Shown: positions 1-8,354 of the stretch, in pieces
How the letters are laid out: each line of letters opens with the position of its first letter
Position numbering within the stretch: position 1 is the first letter of the stretch
Assembly: GCA_036351155.1 (NCBI GenBank)
Contig: JAZBOO010000321.1
Span: forward strand, 1 to 14,868
DNA length: 14,868 nt
Source: Candidatus Krumholzibacteriia bacterium
GTDB taxonomy: Bacteria; Krumholzibacteriota; Krumholzibacteriia; LZORAL124-64-63
Direction: 5' to 3'
Made by a program: the position numbers and the translations under genes
Notes under the pieces: generated by a model
The model's database searches: none
What the model saw: only the letters and a program-made list of their open reading frames with translations
Told to the model about the DNA's origin: nothing

Positions 1-1075
1 CAGGTTGACCGGGAAGGGCGCCACATAGAAATGGTCACAATCCTCGTACGGGGTGACCGTCAGGGGAACGTTGCCGGTGTTCTGCACGGTGAAGTAACTC
101 TGGGTGGCGCTGCCCACTCCAATGGTGGGGAACTCAAGCAGAGTGGGTGTCACCTCGCACTGGGGATTGGCCGCCTCGGCCTGACCCTCCAGATAAACCG
201 GGGAAACCACATCACCCAGCTGCAATTCTCCGGTGAACACCCCGGTGCCCATGGGCTCAAAAAGCACGCTGATGGTGAGGGTGTTGCCCGGCTGCACCTG
301 GGTGTCGCCAACGATGCCGCCGATCTGAAAATTCCCCAGGGGGTCAACCACCTGTGGCTCCACGGCGAAACCGGCTTCCCCGGTGTTCTCGATGAGCACC
401 GGCAGTTGCTGGCTGGACCCCTCGGCCAGAGGACCGAAGAAAAGGGCCTCCGGGGTCACTGTGTAGGCGACCACGGCCTCGTGAGCCTGCGCGGTCAAGG
501 TCAGCGGCGCAATCACATCGCCCATGTCCAGGGTGCACTCGAAGTCCCCGGGATAAGGCGAAGTGAAGGACAGGTGAACCGTCGTGGTCAAGCCGACGAG
601 GAGTTCGAAGGGGTCCGGGTTCAAAACGGCGAAACCGTCACAGCCTGCCGGCAGGGACGGGGCCACGATGATGGGGATCTCACCCGTGTTGGTGAAATTG
701 GCCGTCCGGGTCACGGTGGTTCCCAGAGCAGAATCTCCGAAATCGACACTGTCGGGACCGGTGTAGGTCACGATGGCCTCGCGCCCCGAGCCATACAGAG
801 GGACGGCGGGGGCCACAGGACCCAGATCCAGGACGGTGTTGATGGGGCCCACCACCGTGGGTTCGAAATAGACGGTGATGGTACGGCTTTCCCCCACGGG
901 AATCCACACTTCGCCGGCGTTGTTGACGATGGTGTAATCGGTGACCTCGGGCGGCAGGGTCACATCGAGGTACAGCATGCCGCCGCCGATGTTGGAAACC
1001 ACCAGGTTGCGTATGGTGGTGGTCCCGATGGGGCGCTCCCCGAAGATCAGTTCCTCGGCAGAGAGCTCGGGAAAT
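1..1075 (-). repeat. Protein-level tandem repeats (at least 4 Ig-like units, period 101-102 aa)
   Basis: The conserved Phe of the F-G/F-P motif falls at aa 191, 292, 393 and 495 (codons at 1044, 741, 438, 132). Each complete unit has NxG, a V.F.P-like strand and a terminal L.G/A strand. Diverged at DNA level. Confidence 0.8.
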
Positions 1076-1614
1076 GGCAGGTCCTCATTGATGGACGCCA
1101 CCTGGGGCAGGCCGGTGGGTGTGACCATGGGCAGGAGCGTGTGTCCATCGCCTCCACCCAGGTAAACCATCTCGTCGGGAATACTCGCGTAGTAGACCGG
1201 CTCGAGGTTGAACAGGATGGGCATGGCCTCGGTCACCAGACCCTGGAAAGTGGCCAGTAACACATCGCCCGTCCCGGGCAAGGGGTCTCCGCCGATCCCC
1301 ACCGTGAAGCAGGGCGGTTCCAGGACGTTGATGGTCAAACCCTCGAGTTCCCAGCCCAGAAAGGTGAGCGGACCCGAAACATCGACACAGCATTCCCAGC
1401 CGTGGACGGGGTAGCCCCCCTCGGGATTGTGCAGCACCAGGTACCCGGTAACCTGGGCCGGGAAATCACTGATTTCCAGGGTGTTCTGGGTGTAATCCGT
1501 GTCGAAATAGATGCCGACCTGGGCCTGCGCCAGGGCCGTGCCTGGTGTGGCAAGACCGGCCAGGGCGATCATCAGGGCAACAACAAACGGAATGGGTGAG
1601 TTCAGGCGTGACAT
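1..1614 (-). CDS. Large secreted/surface protein with N-terminal beta-rich domain and tandem ASH/choice-of-anchor D-like Ig repeats (3' end beyond window)
   Basis: Manually translated from ATG at 1614 (GAGGGGG RBS-like sequence just upstream); open for 538 codons to the window edge. Signal peptide MSRLNSPIPFVVALMIALAGLATPGTALA|QAQ. Repeats LIFGERPIG..SNIGG, VDFGDSALG..TNTGE, LFFGPLAEG..ENTGE, LEFPTIGVG..QNTGN match the LxFG...NxG pattern of ASH/PapD-like Ig domains. Missing from the ORF track because there is no stop codon in the window. Confidence 0.88.
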   Translation of the reverse strand, partial: MSRLNSPIPFVVALMIALAGLATPGTALAQAQVGIYFDTDYTQNTLEISDFPAQVTGYLVLHNPEGGYPVHGWECCVDVSGPLTFLGWELEGLTINVLEPPCFTVGIGGDPLPGTGDVLLATFQGLVTEAMPILFNLEPVYYASIPDEMVYLGGGDGHTLLPMVTPTGLPQVASINEDLPFPELSAEELIFGERPIGTTTIRNLVVSNIGGGMLYLDVTLPPEVTDYTIVNNAGEVWIPVGESRTITVYFEPTVVGPINTVLDLGPVAPAVPLYGSGREAIVTYTGPDSVDFGDSALGTTVTRTANFTNTGEIPIIVAPSLPAGCDGFAVLNPDPFELLVGLTTTVHLSFTSPYPGDFECTLDMGDVIAPLTLTAQAHEAVVAYTVTPEALFFGPLAEGSSQQLPVLIENTGEAGFAVEPQVVDPLGNFQIGGIVGDTQVQPGNTLTISVLFEPMGTGVFTGELQLGDVVSPVYLEGQAEAANPQCEVTPTLLEFPTIGVGSATQSYFTVQNTGNVPLTVTPYEDCDHFYVAPFPVNL

Positions 1615-1688
1615 GGCTTCCCCCTCTTCAGCGGCCCGGAGCCGCAGGTGGGGGCGGCTGGGCCGTTTGGAATCTCCAGGATGATGGG

Positions 1689-1697
1689 ATTCTATCA
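1689..1697 (-). promoter_or_regulatory. Candidate extended -10 sigma70 element (TGaTAGAAT) for the Ig-repeat gene
   Basis: Minus strand reads TG-A-TAGAAT about 75 nt upstream of the ATG at 1614, in an AT-rich patch. No clear -35. Confidence 0.4.
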
Positions 1698-1749
1698 CAT
1701 ATTGTCAGGGAAAAAAGGAAATGAATGGGGCGTCTCAACAGGCGGCGCA

Positions 1750-2481
1750 CTAGACAACCAGGGGAACCAGTTCCTGGACCCGGATAGCCGAGGATTCTAC
1801 CCGGCACCGCGCTCCGACCACCTCCAGTCCCTGAGCGATCCCTTCCCTCAGGAGGCGTCCGTATTCGGGGTCCACGGCGTCGGCCGGACCCACACTGATC
1901 GCATCATGACGGGGAATACAGAAGACCAGTGCCGCCCTCTGGCCCTGACCCAGCAAGGCTGTCAGCTCCCGCAAGTGCTTGCGGCCACGTTCGCTGGGTG
2001 CGTCGGGGAACTGAGCGTGCCGGCGGTCCACCAAGGTGACATTCTTGACCTCGACCCAGCAGTCAGGCTGCTGCGGATGTCCGGTCAGCAAGAAATCCAG
2101 CCGCGACTTGCCCGGCCCTACCGGAACCTCGGGGCGCAAATCGCGGTATCCTGCAAGCTGGGGCAGGCGGCCCGCCATCAGGGCCTCGGCCACCAGCTTG
2201 TTGGCCCGCGCGGTGTTCAGGCCTACCAGAACCCCGCCGGGAATGCCCGCTCCCTCATCTTCCACGGTCTCGGCCAGCTCCAGGGTCCACTTCAGCTTGC
2301 GGTGGGGCTGGTCGGCCGGGCTCAACCAGATCTGGGCTCCCGTTGTCAGGCACCCGGTCATTCGCCCCGTGTTGTTGGTGTGGGCAATGACCTCGCGGCC
2401 ATCGTCCAGCCGGGCGTGGACCAGGAAACGCTTTTCCCGACGGAGAAAAACGCCGCCCACGAGCGGGGGATCAAATTGCAT
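1750..2481 (-). CDS. sfsA: DNA/RNA nuclease SfsA (sugar fermentation stimulation protein)
   Basis: 243 aa with the family motifs F..R.KRF, AHTNNTGRM, SRLDFLL, WVEVKNVTL, FPDAPSERGRKHLREL and DPEY. GGAGGAG RBS at 2487-2493 (minus). Confidence 0.96.
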   Translation of the reverse strand: MQFDPPLVGGVFLRREKRFLVHARLDDGREVIAHTNNTGRMTGCLTTGAQIWLSPADQPHRKLKWTLELAETVEDEGAGIPGGVLVGLNTARANKLVAEALMAGRLPQLAGYRDLRPEVPVGPGKSRLDFLLTGHPQQPDCWVEVKNVTLVDRRHAQFPDAPSERGRKHLRELTALLGQGQRAALVFCIPRHDAISVGPADAVDPEYGRLLREGIAQGLEVVGARCRVESSAIRVQELVPLVV

Positions 2482-2494
2482 ACCGACTCCTCCA

Positions 2495-2523
2495 TTGCCC
2501 GTCCGGTCGGGCAGGGTTATTGT
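2495..2523 (+). promoter_or_regulatory. Candidate sigma70 promoter for the MBL-lipA-HK-RR operon
   Basis: TTGCCC (2495-2500), 17-nt spacer, TATTGT (2518-2523), 47 nt upstream of the ATG at 2571. Confidence 0.5.
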
Positions 2524-2570
2524 TTATCGAAAGTTCAACCAATCTCAACCTTTATGGTCTGGAGGTGTCC

Positions 2571-3434
2571 ATGAAGCTGGGCGACTGGCATTTTCGCGCC
2601 TTTCATGACGGCCGATTCAAGCTCGACGGCGGCGCCATGTTTGGCGTGGTCCCCAAGGTCTTCTGGAGCAAACAGCATGGTGCCGATGAGCACAACCGTA
2701 TCGGCCTGGACCTGCGGTGTCTGCTCGTAGATCATGGCGAACGACGCATCCTGGTCGACACCGGCATGGGTGACCGCTGGGATGAGAAGAAGACCGGCGT
2801 CTTTGCCCTCGAACGACGGCCCAACCAGCTGGTGGCCGAGCTGGCCGAGGCCGGGATCACCGCCGATTCGGTGACCGATGTGATCCTGACCCACCTGCAC
2901 TTCGACCATTCCGGCGGCACCATGCGCGAACGGGATGGGGAACTGGTGCCGGTGTTTGCGCGGGCCCGACACTGGGTCCAGCGGCGCCACTGGGAGTGGG
3001 CGGGCCAACCTTCGGAACGCGACCGGGCCAGCTTCCGCACCGAAGATTTTGCCGGCCTGGAAAAAACCGGGCAGCTGGAACTGGTGGACGGCAACCGGGA
3101 AATCATGCCCGGGGTGCGGGTGACCACCATCAACGGTCACACCCCCGGCCAGCAGATGGTGGAGTTCCACACCGGCGAAAAGACCGTGGTCTTCTGTGCC
3201 GACCTGCTCCCGTTCCGGAGCCAGTTGCACGTGCCCTGGATCATGGGTTTCGACCTGAACCCCCTGCTGACGGTGACGGAAAAGAAACAGTTTTTGACGC
3301 GGGCGGCCGAGGACGGGTACATCCTGGTCTTCGAGCACGATCTCGAGAACGAGGCCTCCACGGTGGTCTTCGAGGAGGGCAAATTCAAGCCCGGAAGCAC
3401 CTTCAATCTGGCGGAGTACGCCGGTCAGGAATAG
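2571..3434 (+). CDS. MBL-fold metallo-hydrolase, YtnP-like family
   Basis: Start reassigned to ATG 2571 (GGAGG at 2561-2565); 287 aa. LDGGAMFGVVPK family signature, LVDTG, THLHFDHSGG (HxHxDH), GHTPGQ, ADL, FEHD. Confidence 0.92.
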   Translation: MKLGDWHFRAFHDGRFKLDGGAMFGVVPKVFWSKQHGADEHNRIGLDLRCLLVDHGERRILVDTGMGDRWDEKKTGVFALERRPNQLVAELAEAGITADSVTDVILTHLHFDHSGGTMRERDGELVPVFARARHWVQRRHWEWAGQPSERDRASFRTEDFAGLEKTGQLELVDGNREIMPGVRVTTINGHTPGQQMVEFHTGEKTVVFCADLLPFRSQLHVPWIMGFDLNPLLTVTEKKQFLTRAAEDGYILVFEHDLENEASTVVFEEGKFKPGSTFNLAEYAGQE

Positions 3435-3441
3435 ATGATCC

Positions 3442-4392
3442 ATGAGTGATGAGAAGCTGATCCCCGATTTGCAGTCGATCCAGCCTCCGGTGCGCAAGCC
3501 CTCCTGGCTGCGCATGAAGCGGCAGGGCGGCCAGGATTACAACGATGTCAAGCGCCTGCTGCGCACCTCCTCGTTGAACACGGTGTGTGAAAGCGCCAAC
3601 TGTCCCAACCGGGGCGAGTGTTTCAACAGCCGCACGGCGACCTTCATGCTGCTGGGCGCCGTGTGCACCCGGCACTGCACCTTCTGCAATATTCCCGGAG
3701 GACGGGTGGGGCCCATCGACCCGGACGAACCCCGCCGGGTGGCCGAAGCGGTGCGCGAACTGGCCCTCAAGTTTGCCGTGGTCACCTCTGTCAATCGGGA
3801 CGATTTGCCCGATGGCGGAGCGGCCCACTTTGCCTCCACCATTCGCCAGATCCGCCGGCTCAATCCCGGGTGTGGAGTCGAGGTGCTGATCCCCGATTTC
3901 TGTGGGGATCCCGTGGCTCTGGAAACCGTGTTGCAGGCCGAACCCGAGGTGCTGAACCACAACCTGGAAACGGTTCCCCGCCTGTATAAAGCCCTGCGTC
4001 CCCAGGCCGTTTATGAGCGCAGCCTCATGGTGCTGCAGCGCAGCCGTCAGTGGGCCCAGGCGCAGAATCTCAATGTGCGCACCAAGTCCGGCATCATGGT
4101 CGGGGTGGGCGAAACCCTGGACGAGGTGGTGGAGCTGATGCGCGATGCCGCCGGGGCCGGGACCCAGATCCTGACCATCGGCCAGTATCTGCAGCCCTCG
4201 GCCAAGCATCACCCGGTGGTGCGGTACGTGGAGCCCCAGGAGTTCGAAGAACTGGCCCGGATCGGGCGGGAGCTGGGCATCGACTGGGTCGAGTCCGGAC
4301 CCATGGTGCGCAGCAGTTACCACGCCCGGGAACAGTCGGAATCCTTGCCTGGACCAGGGGCTTCGGAAGCTCCGGGGACGGCCACAGGGTGA
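3442..4392 (+). CDS. lipA: Lipoyl synthase (radical SAM)
   Basis: KPSWL; auxiliary-cluster motif CESANCPNRGEC; radical SAM CTRHCTFC; VVTSVNRDDL, NHNLETVPRLY, TKSGIMVG, TIGQYLQPS and C-terminal RSSY. Confidence 0.98.
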   Translation: MSDEKLIPDLQSIQPPVRKPSWLRMKRQGGQDYNDVKRLLRTSSLNTVCESANCPNRGECFNSRTATFMLLGAVCTRHCTFCNIPGGRVGPIDPDEPRRVAEAVRELALKFAVVTSVNRDDLPDGGAAHFASTIRQIRRLNPGCGVEVLIPDFCGDPVALETVLQAEPEVLNHNLETVPRLYKALRPQAVYERSLMVLQRSRQWAQAQNLNVRTKSGIMVGVGETLDEVVELMRDAAGAGTQILTIGQYLQPSAKHHPVVRYVEPQEFEELARIGRELGIDWVESGPMVRSSYHAREQSESLPGPGASEAPGTATG

Positions 4393-5735
4393 CCTCGCGG
4401 CGGCTCTGGTACCTCGGGGCCGCCCTGGCCTACACCGCGATTATCGCGGTGGTGGTGTGGGGTTTGATGGGACTCTACCAGGGGGCGCGCGTGCAGCTCG
4501 ATCAAGCCCTGGGCGATCGACTCCTGGGCACCGCCGGGACTCTGGCCGTCATGGTGGATGCCGAGCAGGTTTTTCATGCCACCCTGGGCGACACCACGGC
4601 CGCCATCTACCTGGATCTCCTGGCGGCTGATTTCCTGAACCTGACCCGGCGCTGGGACCTGGCCGAGATCACCCTCAGTGACCCCGAAGGGCAGGTGCTG
4701 GTCACCACGTCGCCCAGCCTGGCAGTGGGCCAGGCTCACGCCTTCTGGGCCCTGGATCGTCCGGCGGTCGAACAGGCTCTGGCGGGCAACCCGGCCACTT
4801 CAAACCTCTATCGCCTGGAAACCACCTTTCAGAAATCGGCCCATGTTCCGGTGATGAAGGACGACCCCTTCCTGGATGAAGGGTTCGTGGTGGCGGTGTT
4901 GACGGTGAGCGGCAATCCCCGGTTTTTCGCAGCCCTGGAACAGCTCCGGACGGGCGCCTTTGTCACCGGGGGATTGGTCCTGTTCGTGCTGGCGGTTCTG
5001 GGCTATCTGCTGCACCGAATCAGCCGGGCTCTCGAGAACTATCGGGCGGGTATGCAGCGGCAGGAAAACCTGGCGGCCATGGGACGCATGACGGCCGGGA
5101 TTGCCCACGAAATACGGAATCCCCTGGGGATCATCCGGGGGGCCGGGCAGCATCTGCAAGGTGTCCTGAAGAGAGCGGGAATCGTGGATGAGGTGGCCAC
5201 TTTCATACCCGAGGAAGTGGACCGGCTCGACGGTATCCTGTCCGGTTACCTGGCTTTCGGAGCCGACTCCGCATTCCCGGTGGAGGTGTTTGACCTGGAC
5301 CGGGTGGTGCGGCGCAGCTGCGACCTGCTGCGATCCGAGCTGGAGCAGGGGAGCATTGCCCTGGACCTGAATCTGAGCGATGGTCTCCATCTGGAAGGCG
5401 ACCCCCGCCGCCTGCAGCAGGTTCTTCTGAACCTCTTGCTGAATGCTCGAGATGCCATGCCGGACGGAGGGCCTCTCGAGGTGGCCCTGGCCCGCGTGAA
5501 GAACGAGATCCACCTGCAGGTCATCGACAGTGGAACGGGTCTGGGCAAGACCGATCCCGCCCAGCTGTTCGCGCCCTTCTTCACCACCAAGGAAAAAGGG
5601 AGCGGCCTGGGGCTGGCCACCAGTCGCCGCATCATCGAGGAAATGGGCGGAGCCCTCCGCCTGCACAACCGTCAGGACGCACAGGGTACGGTGGCGGAAA
5701 TCCGGTGGCCGTTCACGGCGCCAAAGGAAGGATGA
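4389..5735 (+). CDS. Membrane sensor histidine kinase (2 TM, periplasmic sensor domain, HisKA + HATPase_c)
   Basis: Start reassigned to GTG 4389, overlapping the lipA stop (GTGA); 448 aa. TM1 LWYLGAALAYTAIIAVVVWGLMGL, TM2 AFVTGGLVLFVLAVLGYLL; H-box AHEIRNPL, N-box QVLLNLLLNARDAM, G1 DSGTG, F-box FAPFFTTK, G2 GSGLGL. Confidence 0.95.
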   Translation: MTSRRLWYLGAALAYTAIIAVVVWGLMGLYQGARVQLDQALGDRLLGTAGTLAVMVDAEQVFHATLGDTTAAIYLDLLAADFLNLTRRWDLAEITLSDPEGQVLVTTSPSLAVGQAHAFWALDRPAVEQALAGNPATSNLYRLETTFQKSAHVPVMKDDPFLDEGFVVAVLTVSGNPRFFAALEQLRTGAFVTGGLVLFVLAVLGYLLHRISRALENYRAGMQRQENLAAMGRMTAGIAHEIRNPLGIIRGAGQHLQGVLKRAGIVDEVATFIPEEVDRLDGILSGYLAFGADSAFPVEVFDLDRVVRRSCDLLRSELEQGSIALDLNLSDGLHLEGDPRRLQQVLLNLLLNARDAMPDGGPLEVALARVKNEIHLQVIDSGTGLGKTDPAQLFAPFFTTKEKGSGLGLATSRRIIEEMGGALRLHNRQDAQGTVAEIRWPFTAPKEG

Positions 5736-5739
5736 CGGA

Positions 5740-7095
5740 GTGGCCAAGGTACTGGTTGTCGACGACGAAAAAAGAACCGTCCAGCTCCTGACCCTGTCCC
5801 TGCAGGGGCGAGGCCACGAGGTGGTGGGTGTCCATTCAGGGCGAGAGGCCCTGCACCTCCTGGAGGCGGGCACCTGGGATGTGGTGCTGACGGACATGAA
5901 GATGGAACCGATCGACGGCATGCAGGTCCTGAAGGAAATTGCGGCCCGGTATCCCGAGACTCAGGCCCTGATGCTGACGGCCTACCAGGGGGTGGACACG
6001 GCGGTGGCCGCCATGCAGGCCGGGGCTTTTCACTACTTGACCAAACCGTTCAATCTGGACGAAGTGGCCGAGATGGTGGACCGCGCTGCCCAGGCGGGTC
6101 GTCTGACCCGGGAGAACAGGCAGCTCAAGCAGGCCGTGGCGGTGATGAATGCCGGCCAGGATCTGGTGGGCGAGGCGCCGGCCACCAGGAAGCTCCGCCA
6201 GCTGATCGGCAAGGTGGCCCCCTCCGAAGCCACCGTTCTGATCCGGGGGGAAAGCGGCGTGGGCAAGGAAGTGGCCGCCCGCGCCCTGCATGAAACCAGC
6301 TTGCGCGCAGGGGGTCCGTTCATCGCCGTCAACTGCGCCGCCATCAGTGAAAATCTCCTGGAAAGCGAACTGTTCGGTTACCGGAAAGGTGCTTTCACCG
6401 GGGCGGACACCGATCGTCAGGGCCTCTTCGAGGCGGCCCACGGTGGGACACTGTTTCTGGATGAAATCGGCGAGGCCGGGCCCGGTGTCCAGGCCAAGTT
6501 GCTGCGAGTCCTGGAGGAACGGAAGATCAACCGGGTGGGCGACCCGGTTGAGCGGCCGGTGGATGTCCGGGTTCTGGCGGCGACCAACCGCCCCCTGGAG
6601 AAGGCGCTGGCCGCGGGGAGTTTTCGGGAGGACCTGTATTACCGGTTGCTGGTCTTCCCTCTGGATGTTCCGCCTTTGCGCGATCGTGCGGGAGATATTT
6701 CCCTGCTCGCGGCCCACTTCCTCAAACGCTGGGGTCGCCAGGATCGTCCGCTGTCCCCCGAGGTCGTGGAGCGGCTCAAGCGGCACACCTGGCCCGGCAA
6801 TGTGAGGGAGCTGCGCAATATCATGGAGCGCGCCCATATCCTGGCCGGCGATCAGGACATCACCCTGGAACACGTCACCCTGGACCCGGGTATCCCCTCG
6901 GCCCAGGTGGAGGAACTGGGGCAAGATCTGAATCTGGATCGTCATAGTCGGCGGCTGATCCGGGCCGCTCTGGAACGCACCCGGGGCAACAAGAGCGAGG
7001 CGGCCGAGTTGCTGGGGATTACTCGTCGCACCTTGTATTCCCGGTTGAAGCTCCTGGGGATGGAGGCCGATGAAGGAGAACCAGAGGCCACTTGA
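5740..7095 (+). CDS. Sigma54-dependent response regulator (NtrC/AtoC family: REC-AAA+-HTH_8)
   Basis: Start GTG 5740, 4 nt after the kinase stop; 451 aa. VLVVDD, phosphoacceptor LTDMKM, KPF; Walker A GESGVGKE, GAFTGA, LFLDEIG, FREDLYYRL, WPGNVRELRN; Fis-type HTH NKSEAAELLGITRRTLYSRL. Confidence 0.97.
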   Translation: MAKVLVVDDEKRTVQLLTLSLQGRGHEVVGVHSGREALHLLEAGTWDVVLTDMKMEPIDGMQVLKEIAARYPETQALMLTAYQGVDTAVAAMQAGAFHYLTKPFNLDEVAEMVDRAAQAGRLTRENRQLKQAVAVMNAGQDLVGEAPATRKLRQLIGKVAPSEATVLIRGESGVGKEVAARALHETSLRAGGPFIAVNCAAISENLLESELFGYRKGAFTGADTDRQGLFEAAHGGTLFLDEIGEAGPGVQAKLLRVLEERKINRVGDPVERPVDVRVLAATNRPLEKALAAGSFREDLYYRLLVFPLDVPPLRDRAGDISLLAAHFLKRWGRQDRPLSPEVVERLKRHTWPGNVRELRNIMERAHILAGDQDITLEHVTLDPGIPSAQVEELGQDLNLDRHSRRLIRAALERTRGNKSEAAELLGITRRTLYSRLKLLGMEADEGEPEAT

Positions 7096-7116
7096 TGTAC
7101 CTGGAGGTACACCAAG
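7091..7116. promoter_or_regulatory. Candidate upstream activator sequence (enhancer) for a sigma54 activator
   Basis: Inverted repeat CTTGATGTACCT-GG-AGGTACACCAAG (12-bp arms, 1 mismatch) with a TGT-N10-ACA core (7096-7111), centred about 140 bp upstream of the predicted sigma54 start site. Confidence 0.6.
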
Positions 7117-7216
7117 GCCCCCCAGGGGGGCAGCTCAGGCGTCTGGTGGCGGCCGGTTTTAGTGTCCAAGTCCATTACTTGCAGGGGTTTGAATCCCAGG
7201 ATGTTTGGATGGTCCC

Positions 7217-7233
7217 TTGGCACGTTCCCTGCG
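7217..7233 (+). promoter_or_regulatory. Sigma54 (RpoN) -24/-12 promoter
   Basis: TTGGCACGTTCCCTGCG: GG at 7219-7220, exactly 10 nt, then GC at 7231-7232. Near match to the TGGCACG-N4-TTGC consensus. Lies directly after a sigma54 activator gene and about 57 nt before the ATG at 7290. Confidence 0.85.
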
Positions 7234-7289
7234 TACATTCTCTTGTAGTTTCCAGGGCCCTTTGTCCTCTGACCTGAAAAGGTAACCCC

Positions 7290-8354
7290 ATGACCGCTCA
7301 CATTCTTTCTCCTCAGCCCCGCAAGTCCCGGCCCGGATGGAGCCTGGCCTTGGTCCTCCTGCTGGGTGGTCTGCTGCTTGGCCCCGGGACTGTTCAGGCC
7401 CAGGAAAATAGTTCCGAGTACATTCAGGAGTTCATCGCACGCAATGCCGAGCTGCTGGACTGGGCCCGTGGCCTGGTGAGGGAAACCGAGAGTCAGCCGG
7501 CGCGGCGGGTTCTGGAAGAGGCCCACAGCCTTCACCGGCGCAGCGTGGGGATGCTGGAACAAGGGCGGCCTGCCCTGGCTTTTGGTGCCGCGCGTCGCAG
7601 CCGGGCTGGACTGTGGCGGGCCGTGGGGTTGGCCCGAGAAGCCCTGTCCTACGAGGAACGATTGCGATTGAGGTCGGAACGATTCCAGGACCTTCACGCT
7701 CATCTGCTGGACAGCGCTCGGGAAAGCCAGGATCGTCGGGCCCTGGATTTCATTCAGCGGGCCGAAGCTCAGGCCCTCCGCGCTCGGGAGCAGTACCAGC
7801 AGGGCGACGCCCGGCTGGCCTTCAATCTCCTGGAAACGGCCGAGCAGCTTCTCCAGCGCGCCGCCCGGTTGCTGGCCGAGGGTGCGGGGCCCGAGCGGCT
7901 GGAACGCAACATCGAGCAGACGGCCACCATGCTGGAACAGACCCGGGAAATCCTGAGGGACTCTGCTGACCAGGCGGCCCTGAACCTGCTGGCCGAGGCC
8001 GACGAAGCCCTGGATCGGGCTCGCGATCATCAGGATCAGGGTCAGCCTGGCCGAGCTCTGCAGATGTCGGGTCTGGCTCGCAAGCTGGCCGGTCGGGCCA
8101 GGGCCCAGGGCGAGGGCTCGCTGGATGAAACCCTGGTGCGGGAGCAGATGGCCCGCTGGGATGATCGGGTCATCGTGGTCGGAGAAAAGGTGGCCGATGC
8201 GGGTAACGAAGCAGCGCGGCACCACCTGGATAAAGCGCGTCAGCATCGTGAACGTGCCGGCCAGGCCCTGGCGGCGGGCCACCTGGAACAGGCCCTGCGG
8301 CAGATCCGGGCGGCCGGTGATCAGCTGAGTCAGGCGGAAGGATTGACGCGATAA
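7290..8354 (+). CDS. Exported all-alpha helical-repeat protein (4 x ~79 aa), unknown function
   Basis: 354 aa; Sec signal ...RKSRPGWSLALVLLLGGLLLGPGTVQA|QEN. Ala/Arg/Glu/Gln/Leu-rich. Conserved Ala at 71/151/230/309 and Gly at 92/172/251/330. Confidence 0.85.
   Translation: MTAHILSPQPRKSRPGWSLALVLLLGGLLLGPGTVQAQENSSEYIQEFIARNAELLDWARGLVRETESQPARRVLEEAHSLHRRSVGMLEQGRPALAFGAARRSRAGLWRAVGLAREALSYEERLRLRSERFQDLHAHLLDSARESQDRRALDFIQRAEAQALRAREQYQQGDARLAFNLLETAEQLLQRAARLLAEGAGPERLERNIEQTATMLEQTREILRDSADQAALNLLAEADEALDRARDHQDQGQPGRALQMSGLARKLAGRARAQGEGSLDETLVREQMARWDDRVIVVGEKVADAGNEAARHHLDKARQHRERAGQALAAGHLEQALRQIRAAGDQLSQAEGLTR

Noticed and set aside
31..1260. 409-aa plus-strand ORF
   Set aside because: Antisense shadow of the minus-strand Ig-repeat gene. 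It is H/G/R-rich with no recognisable motifs, whereas the minus frame has an RBS, signal peptide and repeats.
2524..2554. Sigma28-like TAAA...TTCGATAA on the minus strand upstream of sfsA
   Set aside because: The spacer is 19 nt rather than 15-16.
7091..7131. Inverted repeats as an intrinsic terminator of the two-component operon
   Set aside because: Centres of 1-2 nt and no U-tract; position and the TGT-N10-ACA core favour protein-binding sites.
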